This document shows, piece after piece, positions 38,858 through 52,077 of a DNA stretch of 64,000 bases (the first letter of the stretch is position 1; the number at the start of each line of letters is the position of its first letter). Position numbers and translations under genes: made by a program. Below the pieces are notes generated by a model, which saw only the letters and a program-made list of their open reading frames with translations, had not been told where the DNA came from and did not search any database. The DNA comes from Monocercomonoides exilis PA203 (lineage: Eukaryota > Protista > Preaxostyla). The DNA lies in contig LSRY02000046.1 in the NCBI GenBank assembly GCA_001643675.2, forward strand, positions 620,001-684,000. Reading direction: 5' to 3'.

Positions 38858-39376
38858 ATATTTTTGAGTTTTTCAAATTACCATTTTTATCGAACTATTG
38901 ATTGCCTAATCATTTTTGTGATTTTTTTTCCACAAACAAAATGAATTTTCTTTGAATATTTCTCTCTCTCCCTCTCAATTTTTTTTTAAAAAAAATATTT
39001 TTTAATCTTTTCAAACAACAGAACAGCAGAACGGATTCATCAAGACTTTGTATGATACCAAAACCCATCGTATTCTTGGATGCCACATTCACTCACACAC
39101 AGCAGGCGATCTCATTGGCGAGGCAGTGCTTGCTGTGATGTATCATATCCCCATCCACGAATTCGGCAATGTTCCTCATGTTTGTGCTTAGAATTTTATT
39201 AAACGATTCTTAATAAATATTAATATTTGTCTTATTTATATAATTTACATTATTATCTTGTAATCCTATTTCTTATTGTTATCTTTTTGGCTTCTGATAT
39301 TTGAATTCATTAGGCACATCCATTCTTCAAGAGTTTTCGATTTATGCGCAAAACGGGTTGCTCCTTAAAAGGATAA
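36892..39376 (+). CDS. Dihydrolipoamide dehydrogenase (probable glycine cleavage system L protein); 7 exons
   Basis: YDVIIIG|GGPGG FAD fold; redox disulfide GGCCVNVGCVPSKAL; IIAVGSRP; GTGAIGLEL NAD-binding; VCVGRVP; FAIGDCV; LAHKAEEDG; IPCVIYTDPEIAFVGETE; ILGCHI; C-terminal AHP. Confidence 0.9.
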
Positions 39377-39870
39377 AATTTCATACCAACTCATTTCCTC
39401 CGTTTTTTGTTTATCGTTGCATTTTTCGTCTTGTATTGAATAATAATTGTAATTGTTGCGTATTTCTTTTAACATGATAATCCAACCCCAAAATAAAAAT
39501 ATGAAAGACAGCTTAAGGTTTTATTATTTTTTCGCTAAGTTCAAATTGAACTTGAAAAATGAAGCTGAAAAAAGAGAAATGAAATAGCAAGGCAATAAAA
39601 CAAAGATGGAAAAGAGATTATTTCGACTATTGAAGAACACGACAATTGTTCAGAATACAAAATGTGTTTCTGATTGCTTAATAAAGTTCAATAAAAATAC
39701 AACCGACACACGAAAATGTGAACACGAACGCAACAAAACATAAATTACTCACAAAAATGGAAATGAATAGTGAAAATAATAAAAACAATAAAGAAAAGAA
39801 ATAACAGAAAAATTCAACAACAAATGCAAACACAACCATTTCTTGGCCATTGCATCTGCAGCAGCATTTA

Positions 39871-42800
39871 TCAACCTTTCTCTTCTGGATACAGCAGCGC
39901 CAAAAGTGCTTGTGCATCAGGCGAATAATCCTTCTCGCACTGCATCGCCATCGCTATCAGCGTGTCAGAAGACACACACTTTTTCAAGGAAGCCAAAACA
40001 TCGCTGCTTTCACTCGCCGAAAAGCGCAGAAGAATTTGAATGGCTCTTTTAATCTGCTCGTCTGTCCCGTTCTGCACAACACACCCGCACAATTGATCGA
40101 TTCCTTGGGCCAACAAAAGAGGATGATTATCTAAAATTAAATAATTGAATGTGAAACAAAAGAATTAGACAATAGTTCGCAAATCAGAGTGAACAAAATG
40201 GAATAGAAAGTTGTTGTTTGTGAAAAACAGACAAATTAATTGCACATTGAAAAATATATTTTCATAAAAAATTTTTTCATTGAATGGAAACAATTGAAAA
40301 AAAATAAGAGAATTATGCAAACCTTTCACATTTGCTGCCCAGTACAACTTCTCGATGATGGGATCTGCCGCATCCTCCTCATTCAGCTTCTCTTTCACAA
40401 ACTTCGCAGCAAAAGCAATGACTGAATCAAAGAAGTTCGGCAGCTGCCTGTTTGTGTACAGGTCAAACAGCCCTTTTGCCAAATACTTTCGAGTATCGTC
40501 ATTGGCTTGCTCTGAATCGAACATTTCTTTCATTTCGCAGTCCCATTTGTTGCTGATGAACCTTTCTGAATCCACATGCACTGCACCTGATGTCTCCTGT
40601 ATGCTGTTTGAACTACTCGAACTACTCGAACTATCTGAACTATTCAAGCCATCCAAGCCATTCAAACCATCCAACCCACTCGGGTTATCCGAACTTCCTG
40701 AACTTTCAGAACTGTCCAGTCTCATCTGTATCAGATTAGACAAGCACACTGCTATCCTCTTCAGCACCTTCGGCTCTGCACCCTTCATCAGCTGCACCAG
40801 CACTGCATATGCCTCTTCATCCACCAGCGCCTCGCCAATCGCCGGCACTGCACAGCGCGTCACCCGCAGCAGCGGCAGAAGATGGAGAAACACGTCAGAG
40901 TCGTCTGGGATACCCAGGAGCTTCACACAGCAGCTGATCAGTTCAGGAGACCACACCGATGCCACACACTCTTCCTCCTTCCCGAGCGCTGCGCCAATCA
41001 CACGGCACATCTCGTCCCTCACTATGCATTGAGCACAATCTCCGCATTTCTCCACCAAATTAGCACACTCCACCAGCAGTTCCCTCGGGGCCAGTTTGGA
41101 TTTCTCCTCGTCGCTGCTGCCCCGCAGCTTCTCCTCAAACAGCTTGAAGCTGGAGATGACAAAGGCCATCGACGTTCTGCTCAGCTCGTCGAGCGAAGAT
41201 TCGTCGACTTTCTCTGCAAAGTGGCTGGCTGTGTGATAGCAGTGCTTCCACAGCTCTGGATCAACTGTGATGCACTCAGTGATTTCACTCACAAACGTCT
41301 TCAGCTGTGAAAGGAGTTCAGCTTCATTCTTATCTTCTGCTTCTCCAGTTTCTGTTGTTCCAATTGCTTCCGTTGCTTCCGTTGATGATGCCCTTGCTTC
41401 TGCTTCTTCGCCTCTATCTTCGTTTTCACTTGTTGTGCTTCCAACTCTTCCTTCTTCAGACGATCCAGACGATTCAGAAGAAGAAGCTGCCTTCCTCCCT
41501 TCCCCATTGGCTGCATAAGTTTCCTCTGCCATTGCAATGTTCCTTAGTCTCTCCATCGCACCTTCGTTTTCGATGAGTGTTGTCCGCGCAGCATTTCGCA
41601 CTGCCTCTTCGCCGTCGATCAAAAGCGAGTGGAGAAGACTGCAGACGCGGAGGAGCGTCTCACTTGAGGCAGTCAAAAGAAGAGAGGCACACGTCTCGAC
41701 AGCATTGCATTCCATAAAGAGGAAATGATGGTCTTGAAGAAAACATTAAAAATAAATAAATAATAAATAATAAATAATAAAATAATTCATATATGATTCC
41801 AACAGATTGATAAAACTCTTCAAAAGAATCACAAATCAAAATAAACTTTTTTTTTTTTTTTTTGAGATTTTGTGAAAACCACTCTCAAAAGAAAGAAAAA
41901 AGAAATAACAATCATTTTTCTTCTTTCCACCACACCTGCGAAATAAGCAAACTCAACTAGCAAAAGCAGCATCTGGTTCCTCACATCAATGCTCTTCGCG
42001 GACGTAGTCACAAACTCCAGTGCAAACTTCACAACGGACAAGAAATGCCTGTCGACTTTCGCGTCTGCATTCAGCGTTAGCAGGATCTGCGCCATAAGCC
42101 TCTTGTTCTCGCTGCTCTGCACAACACCTGCCTCAAACAACTCGACCATATTCGCATTCAAACTGGGCTCGACTGGATTATTCTTCAGGTCTGTCTCGAT
42201 CGCCCTGTGTAAGCAGAGTGCTGCCTGCCGCACGATTTCTTCGTCTTCGCATCGGAGCAGCTCAACAGCCGCTGCACAGCCACGCAGCTCGACAAAGCAG
42301 CGGGCGATGGCAGGGTCACTGAAGGACAAGATGGAATTCACAGCGCGGAGAGCGTGCAGTGGGCGGTGGATGATGAGAGGGGAGGGGTGGGAAGAGAGGG
42401 AAGAGAGGGGAGAAAGGGGAGAGGATTGAGCGGAGGGTGTTTGTGGAGGAGATTGGGAAGATGAAGATGAGGATGAAGTGAAAGAAGAAGAAGAGTCTGA
42501 TGTTGACGAACCTGCAGCTTCCTCTGTTGTTGCAGGTTGAGAAGAAGGATCTTCAGAAGACTGCTCAGAAGAAGAGGAAGAAGAAGGCGAAGGTTGTTCT
42601 TCCGTTGCAAGAGAGGCAGATGGCTCTGTTTCAACAGAAGAAGAAGAAGAAGACGTTGAAGAAGAAGTTGGCTCTGGTGAAGGTGAAGAAGAGGAAGAAG
42701 ATGATGAAGAAGTTTCAGAAGTCGACGAAGTGGAAGATGAAGATGATGATTGTTCATTATTTGATGCTGAAGGAAGTGAAGGAGAAGGAGAAGAAGAAGA

Positions 42801-45450
42801 TGATGATGATGAGTCTGAAGAAGTCAATGAAAGCTCAGGCTGGTGCGGTTGTGCTGTTGGATAGGCAGAAAACAAACAAATAAGCGATTTCATCAGAAAT
42901 GGCGAAAAAACATCTTTCAGGAGCACTTCATCATCCTTAAGCACATCACACAGAAGAATACAGATGGCATCTTGAATGGCTGCAGAAGAGGAAGAAGGAA
43001 CAGCAGCGGCAGCAGCAGAAGAAGAAGAAGGTGACATTGAAGAAGAAGAAGCTGAAGAAGCAGAAGAAGATGATGATGAAGCAGAAGCAGAAGCTGAGGC
43101 CGAAGCAAAAGCTGAGCCAGACTCATCTGCCGCTTCCCTCATTCCCATCATCCCCATCTTCTCCTTCTTCTCTCCTCCCTCCAGAGGCAGTGCATTGTGC
43201 TGGTGAATGAGCACTTCTGCGCAGCGGTCGAAGAACACCTTTGGCAGATACGCCCTTCTTTCCTCTCTCTCCGGAAGCTGCAGAAGAAACTCCCGGAACA
43301 TCCGCAGCGCCTCGTTGAGCGAAAGAAGAGGGGCAGAAATGTTCAGATGCTGCGTGATCTCAAACAGCAGCTCCATCGACGCCTCAAACGCCTGCTGGTC
43401 AGACACGCGCTGCTCGTTGGCCGTGGGCTGCTGATTGATGGCGTCTTCCAACGAAGTCATTTCTCTATTCAATATGCTTCCTGTTGCATTTGTGCCTGCG
43501 TCTGTGTCTGTGTCCGCGTCTGCTTGTGCTCCAGAAAGATGAGATGAATCAGGAGCGGCGCTTTCTTCCCCCTCGTGTGAATTTCCAGGGCCAAACTCGC
43601 AAGCTGCGGAAGGGGCTTGGTTTCTGTTTGTTTGTGCTTCTCCTGAATTCTCAACTTCTTCATCTGCATCTGCGTCTGTATCGACATCATTGTCGGTGTC
43701 TGCTATTTGGTTGGCTGTTGGGGTAGAAGTGAAAGAAGAAGAAGAAGATGATGAAGAAGATGATGATGATGATGAGGAGGAGGAGGAAAAAGAAGAAGAA
43801 GAAGAAGAAGAAGAGAAGGAGGAGGAGGAAGAGGGGGAAAACGCAGAGAAAGACGAAGCTGATAGAGAAAATGCAGCTGGCTGCTTTGATTCTGGTTGGC
43901 GTTCGAGAGTATGTGTCGTTGAAGCAAAAGGCGAGGAATGGATGTAATTGCTATTTCCTTGGGTTGAAGAAAGATTGGCACAAAATGCAAGAAATGCGAT
44001 GTATTTTTTTTTAAAAATAAATAAATAAAAATGAATTGTCAAATAAACAAATTTGAACAGTTACCTTTCTGCATCCGCTGAGTCGCCTGGAAAAGCAAAG
44101 AAGAATAAGAAATCATTGGAATCTTGTTCTGTTTCTGCAAATAGCGAAGCGAAATTTGGATTTGCTTGTTGATTCGCTTGTTTCTCAGAAGCTGGGCGGC
44201 TGTTGGACGACTTGAAGGATTCTGTTTTTGTGTGTTCGAAAAAAAAAAAAAAAAAAAAAAAAAACAGTTTGGAATTAGTGGAAGAAAAATCAAATAATTT
44301 TTTTTTTTAAAATAAAAATGAAGATAAAATGTTTCAATTGAAAGAAATCAAAAAATAAAATTCAGTTCACAAGCAACATGATGCTAAATCAACATAAACA
44401 TTTCATTTCATTTATTATTTCACACATACCAAAGAAAGCATCGAAACGACAATATTCTTCAATTCATCAGAATATTCGCCATTTATTCGCGAGAGGGGGT
44501 CTCTTTGGGAATTTGCTGGAGAAGAAGATCCCACAATTCTGTGTAAAGGGGATTGAGGCGAAATAATTTGTTCCAAAGAATAAGGAAATTGTCCTGTCAT
44601 CATTTCATATATTACAACTCCCAATGAATATATGTCTGCTGACAAAGAATAACTTCAAAGGTGTAAATCATACACAAAAAGATAGTTAAGAAATGATTTT
44701 CTAAATGCAATATCACACTCTTTGGCATTGAGTAATTCTGGAGCAACATAAATCAATTGGTTAAGAGGGTAAGTTAGGTGATTTATTGAAAATACAACTG
44801 ACTGCGGATCAGAATTAAATCCTTACAAAATAATATATATACACATTAAAAAAACTCGTTTCATATTTCAAAATTGGATTCTTCATTCTTCAAACCAAGT
44901 TGACTCTGCTTTTCATAACCAAGACAAAGATTCTCTGGGAAAATAGCAAGATGAAGAAGACTTTTTGAATGAAATCCATCTAGCCCACTGATTATTTCCG
45001 AAAGAACTTGCCAGACAACTTGTTCAGTTATCTTTTCATCGGATTCATTTTTTCTCTTCAAATATTTTCGAATTGTTCCCCTTCCTGGACCTTCCAACAA
45101 CACGTAGTAATATAACTCATCTTCAAACGTATCAACAAGTTGGATGACAAATGGAGAGCTCACTTTTTTGAACTTTTCAACTTCATTATGGAACACAGTG
45201 GAATTTTCATGTTTGGTTTGGACATCTCTTTTTAACAAAGCCTTCAAAAGATATTTTTGTTTGAGAAAAGTATGCTCAACGAGGAAAATTGTTCCAGAAG
45301 CTGATTGCTCAAATGGTTCTATAACATTATCTTTATTTGAATTTTTATAAAAGAAATATTTCGCAACGAAAAAGAAATATATCTTCAGAGAAAAGATAAT
45401 AAATACACACAATTATCTCTTGAACTAATAGGAAAAGAGATTACTTCCAT
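39871..45450 (-). CDS. NEK-like protein pseudokinase fused to Ser-rich linkers and ARM-like repeats; multi-exon
   Basis: Spliced N-terminus MEVISFPISSRDN|YNVIEPF. Kinase subdomains YLLK, NEV, SPFVIQLVDTF, LLHLAIFPENL, YVAPELL, SADIYSLGVVIYEMMTGQFPY and NPSSRPTAAQLL. A phase-compatible splice (QK-G|GNSNY) leads into ORFs 41829..44042, 40165..41715 and 39871..40116, which contain ARM-like helices (AAAVELLRCEDEEIVRQAALCL). Confidence 0.75.
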
Positions 45451-45875
45451 TTCCACGCAAATAGTAAAATAACAAGGTTCAGAAAAATAAAAAATTGCGC
45501 CATAATATATTTTTGAAGAAATATCTTTTTTCTAATCTTTCGTAATTATTGAGTAATTCTTTCTTCAAATTCAACAAATCAAAAAATCCGTTTCTTTTTT
45601 TGTCCAAACAAATATTTTATTACAGTCACTCGTCTTGCTTTTACAAAAACAATTATTGAAATTTGATATGATACATTTCACTTTCAATTTTTCAAAAAAC
45701 GAAAACAATTGAACGAAAATATTTTGCAATTCTAGAAAAAGTTAAAAAACGAAAATTATACTAATAATAAACATCAAAATTCTTCACATTAACGAAAAAA
45801 TGAATGTTTGATTTTAATATTAAAAAAATAATAAAAAAAAAAAGAAGAAAGCTCTTCTTCGCAAAACTTTCCTTT

Positions 45876-48800
45876 TCACTGTTCATCAGGCAACGATCCA
45901 TACAACGCCTTTATAAACCACACCGCAGAGCGAAGTGCCGTTGACGAGCAGATGACGATGGCTGCCAGAACCAGCAAGAATGAGCGCAGCAGCATCATCA
46001 TCCTCACCGCAAAGCGACGTGCCAGTGTTAAAAGAGCAGATTCTGGGAATGCTTCTATAACCATCTGCTCAACAGGAGCGAACTTGAAGCACACAAAATA
46101 CTTAATCAGAAGCATCAATGATATTTCTAACCCCACAAACACTCCCACAAAGTACACAGGCTTCCACCAGCGGTGGTTCTCTCTCCGCACCAGCATCCAC
46201 ACTAGGATGACTCCACACACAGCGGAAGAAGCGAGGAAGAGCAAGAAAGAAAGAAAAGTGTGGAACCAGAAGGAAAAAAGCGTGGACATGAGCGAGTATT
46301 CGTCAGCAATGTGCCACACAAACGCACAGATCGATAGGAAGGGCAAGAGAGAAGCGAAGAAAGAGAGAGAAAGCGGAAGCAGCATGATTGAGCGTTTTGT
46401 GGGGATGAGACGAGGGATAGGGGAGACATAATGAGGAAAAGGAGGGGGATGAAAGAAAGATGCAATTGAAGAGCAGAAAGCACGGCATTTGGAGCGGGGT
46501 GTGGAAGCAGGTGGAGAAGGGAACAAACTTGTGGAGGTGTCAGATGGATGGAAGGGGGAAAAGGAAGAAGGAGGACGAAAAGGCAAGCGAGTGCTGAAGC
46601 GAGAGAAAGGGTTGTGGAAGCGGTTGTCTTGATGGCGCTTGGGAGATGCTAAGGAGTGTTGTTCGTGCTCAGATACAGGTGAATGTGCTGAGGAAGGAGG
46701 ATGATGAAGAATAGATGTTGAAGAAGAAGAAGAGTAAGAAGAGGAAGAAAGTGATGATGATGGTGATGATATTGAATCAGATTCTGAAAGAAGTTTCTCT
46801 GTGTCAGTTGTTGAATAAATTGGAAAATTGATTGAGGTGTTGCTTCTTTCTCTTTTCTCTTCTTTTTCATTTGTTCCATTTTTGTCATTTTTGTCATTGA
46901 TTTCATTGCCAAGTTCTCTTTCAACATCAACTTGCATTTCGCTGCTTTCATGATGAGCCAGAACAAGTCTGTTGGGAACATGCAATGATGAAGAACCTGA
47001 AATAGAAGAAGAAGAAGAGGAGGAGGAGGAGGAGGAAGAAGAAGAAGAATTTTGTGATGATGTTAAGGTGGAGAATGATGGAAATTGACTTTTTGGGTTT
47101 TCATCTTCCTCGTCTTCACAATCATTCAATGAAGTTTCAGTTTCAGCTGAATTATTTTCTCTGTCATATTTTGTATCCTTTTCATTTTTCAAATAAAACA
47201 CATCAGAAACTGAATTCTCCAAATACATCGTAATCTCCTTCTGCGCTTTCTTTTGTGCCTTCTTCCCCACTCTCAAACTGGCACACACCACAACAGAGCA
47301 CATAAACACAAACAGAAAGAGCAAAAAACACACATCTCCTCCTCGTAGCACATGCACACTCCCCAGCAGCAGCGACAGCACATCCGACAGCAGCAGAGGT
47401 GAGAAAAAGACGAGAAGAGAGAGAAAAGTGGGGAAAAACAGAAATTTGGCAGAATGAGAAAGGGTTTCAGGCGCCTCGCGGGCAGAAAGCGGATGGAATT
47501 CTGTGTTTGGCACAGAAAGCGCAGAGAGCGATCCGACAGACGCGACAGAAGAAGTCGAAAACGGGGACGAGCAGTTGATTTCTGCAGTGTTTGTGCCTTC
47601 TGCTGCCTCAGACTCGAATGAAAGCGAGTTCTCTCTCATCGTCTTCTCCGTCATAATCCGTGCCTTTGTGCGCAGCTCTGCCAAGCTGATTGTGAAAAGC
47701 AGGTTTGTTTTCTTCTTCACAGCAGCTGCGACAACAACCGCCAGAAACAACAACAGCAGCAGCCACACGACGAGCTCCTTGACACTCCCTCTGATTCTGT
47801 TCTCGCCCGAAAGCAGCGACAGGAACGCAAACGCAGCGAGGATGACCCAACTGAACACGAAGCCGAAGAAGACGGTGGAGGCAACGAGCTGTCGGTGCTT
47901 GGGAGAGCGCATGACGTCGTGGGAGATGTTGCGCCAGGAAAGCGTCTCGTGCAGAATGGGAGAGGACGGCTGGTAGAGAGAGGCGAACTTCACACTGGGA
48001 GACTGCGAGGCTGAGGGGAAGGCAGAAGAAGAAGAAGAAGAAGAAGAGGTGGCGGTGGTGGAAGATGAAGAGGAAGGAGAATTAGAAGAAGTGGAAGAAG
48101 AAGATGATGATGATGAAGTTGAAGAAGTGCATGAAATGGTTGAAGGAAGAGACACGAATGAAGGAGAAAGAGAAGCCAACGAAAGCGACGAGGAAGAAGA
48201 CAGTGGTGAAGTGGGTGAAGTGGATAGCATTGCGGATGAATGAGGTGAATGTGATGAAATGGTCGTGCTTGTCAATGGAAGCTTAGAAGAAGACAGAGCA
48301 GGCGATGCAGTCGCAGCAGCTGATGAGTGGCTATACCGATAAAGCGGGTGCGATGCGGAGGACGGTGATGAATGAGCGGAAAACACAGGCTCTGAGACAT
48401 TTCCCTCGGACATGGCATCATCGGAAGAAGCAGCAGAGACAGAAAAAGAAGAAGGCGCTTCGAGGGGATCGATTGACTTTATCAAAAGCGTGGACTCAGA
48501 ATGAGGGCATCGACGCAGCGCAGATAGTTCTCGCGAAAGTGTGCGCTTGACGAAAACGAGTCCTGCAATGAGAAGCAGAACAATAAGCACAGACACAACA
48601 GACGAATACACAAAGAAGCCGGGCCCATGTGTGGAGCATCCAGTGATTGGAGATAAAGATAAACGGTAGTTGGACACGGTTGGCACTTGATGACCAACAT
48701 TTGTCCAGTGGCTGGAATATGTTGAAATAATGGGCGCAGATGTGGAAAAGCCGTTCTTTGATATTGGGTTCAGTAGAACTGATCCTGGCACAGATATGGG

Positions 48801-49511
48801 CTTGTTAATGCCTGTGAGTGGAATTTCATTTAGACTTCCCTCATTCACAAGTTGTAAAAATTCACTTTCACTCAAAATTCTGGACCAATCGTAAGAATGA
48901 GCTGATACGGAACAGCCTGTGACTATAAACGGTGAGTTCATAACATTTTGCTGAACCAAAGAATAGTTTACGTAGAACACGAGATGATTATAAAGTTTCA
49001 ATTCGACTTCTCCAAGAGGAGATGAAGCAATTTCCCCCACTGGTGTTCCATAAATCTTTGAAATATCATCTGTAAAACATGGCATATGATCAACTTCAAA
49101 AAATGTGTAATATCTGTCTTTCACGGCTTTCCAAGAAAATTGAACGTCGAATGTTGTCAAATTTTGCGAGATCTTTTCATTTTTCCAGATTTTGTGCTGA
49201 TTTTGAGGAGAAATTTCTGTGAATTCTGTTGAGTGCTGAAAAAGAGTCCAATGATTTAGAGAATCTGTTTGCCTTTGCTGTGCAAAAATCTCCAGTTTCG
49301 ATAAGTCCGTGCTGATGCCAAGAGTTTTAGAAAATGTACGCAATCCTTGGGAGCAAGATAGTTTTGATGTTGGCTGATGAACTTAAGGCATAAAATAATA
49401 ACAATTTCAAAAAATCTCACAGGCTAACAAACTTGAACGACCAGAACCCACAATCGCCGCATCAAGATAATACGGCATAATGAAATAAATCAACGATGCG
49501 AACGGCATCAT
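45876..49511 (-). CDS. Divergent nonaspanin (TM9SF/EMP70) family protein with large Ser-rich insertions
   Basis: LYNHLVFYVNY, TYSSHW, SWRNISHDVMRSP (cf. GWKLVHGDVFRPP), PIPRLIP (cf. IPRQIP), ENHRWW and terminal WFIKALYG, with multiple TM helices. A short signal-peptide exon lies upstream of ORF 45876..49343. Confidence 0.75.
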
Positions 49512-49741
49512 TCCACTAAGCACTTTTGCCTCCACAAATAAAAATTTTAAATTATTTATGGTTACAAATAATTTTGAATAACATTTTGATTCCTATTACA
49601 TAAATTATTAGTAATATTGTGGATACATTTTTTTAAGAAAAACTTTTCACTGAAGCAAAAGACTGCCCATATTAAATTGAATTCTATTTCAAAAAAGTTT
49701 TTGCGAATAGACATTGAAGATTTGAATTTAAAAAACAACAG

Positions 49742-52077
49742 ATGCTTTCTACCACAAAAACAAATATAGAGCAATCGGATCCTATAGCACATTCGCAAGG
49801 TTTATTTGAAAAATTCCAGTTTATTATGATTTCATTAATAATCTTGTAGCTGCAATATCTGTGATATATAATCTACGCTCGCATGTTAATTTGCTTGAAA
49901 AACAACTTGTATGATATATATTGAAGAAATATCATTGACATTTTTTTCTGACTTTGAATTTTTCATGAACGTCACAACTGAATGAAGGCTGAACAAATGA
50001 TGGAATGTAAGCAATTGAAATTATTGATAAATAGCCAATCAGAAATATCTCAACAACTTATGATGGAACGACAAAAAAGAATTGATCTTGAAGCGACTAT
50101 TGCAAAACTTAATTCTGAAATGATTTTGCTGAAAAGCAAAGAGAGCACAGTATGTTGAATGCATTTCCATTTTATTTAAAAATTCATTTTGTTGTGATTT
50201 TCGAAAGGTTTCTGTGAAATCACAGGAAATGGAAAAAAAGTATTCATCATTGGAAAAAGATGTTCAAGAGATACCACGATTAAAAGAAAAAATAGAAAAT
50301 CTACAAAAAGAATGTGAAGACGAGAAAAATAAATATTTAATCCTTAAATCTGAAAAAGAAAAGGTTTTATTATTATTATTATTTATTTATTTTTGTATTC
50401 TTCAATGAAAAATATAATCTTTTTTTTTCAATTTAGTTAGAAGAATCAAACAGGCAATTAATAATTACCACTCAATCATTAACACAACAACTTAAATCAA
50501 TGGCAAGTGACGAAAAGATGAATTCATCAATTTCGCGTTCACCATCTGTCACCGTGCCTCTTTCATCAATCACAACAAGTTCTTTGTCTCCATCTCAGAT
50601 ACAAAATCATCCTCAACCCGTTTCCTCAATATTGGCATCAGATCCAACATATAATCACTCAACTGCACGGAACTTTAATTCTCCGTTGAGCAATGCCAGC
50701 TCATCAAATGAATCATTTGTTGGCACGTTGCCTTCTCAGAAACCTTCAACACAAATTCCTGTTCAAACTCAGGAAAGGAGCCATACAGAAAATGTTTTCA
50801 CACGGAATGAACAATCTTCATTAGGATTCCGTCCATCACAACAAGAAAACTTCCTATCTTCTTCTTCTTCTTCTTCTTCTTCTTCCACTCAAGCATTTCA
50901 CGATTCTTTTGGAAAAATCCCTTCTTCATCTTTGCAATATCCTACTGCTTTGAACACATCTTATCATTCAGCAAATCAATCAAACGCAAACATTCCAATT
51001 GTTCAGCCTCAGTTTACGTCAACGTCAATACACGATCCATCAAAAGAACCATCTCCTGTCATTTCATTTTCTCTTCCTCAACTTAACGTTCAAAATTCTT
51101 CACTGTTTCAAGCATTAGACACTTCAGATCGTAATGTGCCGCTACGCTCATTATCTCCATCATCATCATCATCATCATCTTCTTCTTCTTCTTCTTTTGA
51201 TGCAAGCTTATACTCTTCTGCAAATAAGAGCTCTTCACATCACGGAAGACACCACAACGTGCCATTCAAGCGCAGCCAGCAGCGCGCCCAGTCTGCAATG
51301 GGACGGCTTTCTTCGCACAGCTCGTCTTCCCTCTCGCCCATCCCATCGCCGTCCACACGTCTTTTCAAGCACAAACTGGACAAAGATGCGTTTCCGCAGG
51401 ACGAAAGGGAGTTTTCATTTATGGGCCGCGGCGTGCGTGGGGCTCTTGCAAGAGTCCTTGTGAAGCTGAGAGAGGAGCTTCAAGCGCTGCAAAGGAAGGA
51501 GAAGAGATTGGAGAGAGACGCAAAGGATTGCAGAAGTTCGTCTTCTGGAAGTTTTTCTAAAGGAAATATGAAAAAAGAAGAGTTTGAAAAATATTTAGAT
51601 GATGTGAGTGAACAAGAGTCGAATGAAGAGCATTCTGCTGGCTTCTTCAGAAAATCAAGAGATAATTATTCACAGTTTTCGGGGCTTCAACGCTCAAAGT
51701 TGGAAAGAAGGAAAAATAAAACAAAAATTTCCGATGATGAAGTCGACCAAGATCGAAAGGGGAAAAAAAGCAAGCAGATTGCAGAACTATCTAAGCAAAT
51801 TGAAGAAAAAGAGAAGCAGATTAAGGAATTAGAGGAGTATCACAATCGTGTTGTGGTTGCTGAGATTAAATGTGGTAAGCTGCCACCATACTTGAATGCC
51901 TCTTCAAACTGTCCAAAGCAACTGCAGAAGTCGTTGACTTTGTCCGAATTTCCTGAATCGAATCGAAGCATAGCTCGTCACGGCATGTCTCAGTTGCCTT
52001 CAATGCATTTACGTCAAAAGCGGATGCATTCAAATATTCCATTGCTTCATCTTGACAAAGCAAAAAGATTTTATTGA
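49742..52077 (+). CDS. Hypothetical coiled-coil, Ser-rich protein; ~5 exons
   Basis: ATG49742 and GT-AG-bounded exons lead into ORF 50500..52077. Heptad-rich N- and C-terminal segments; no recognisable domain. Confidence 0.55.
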
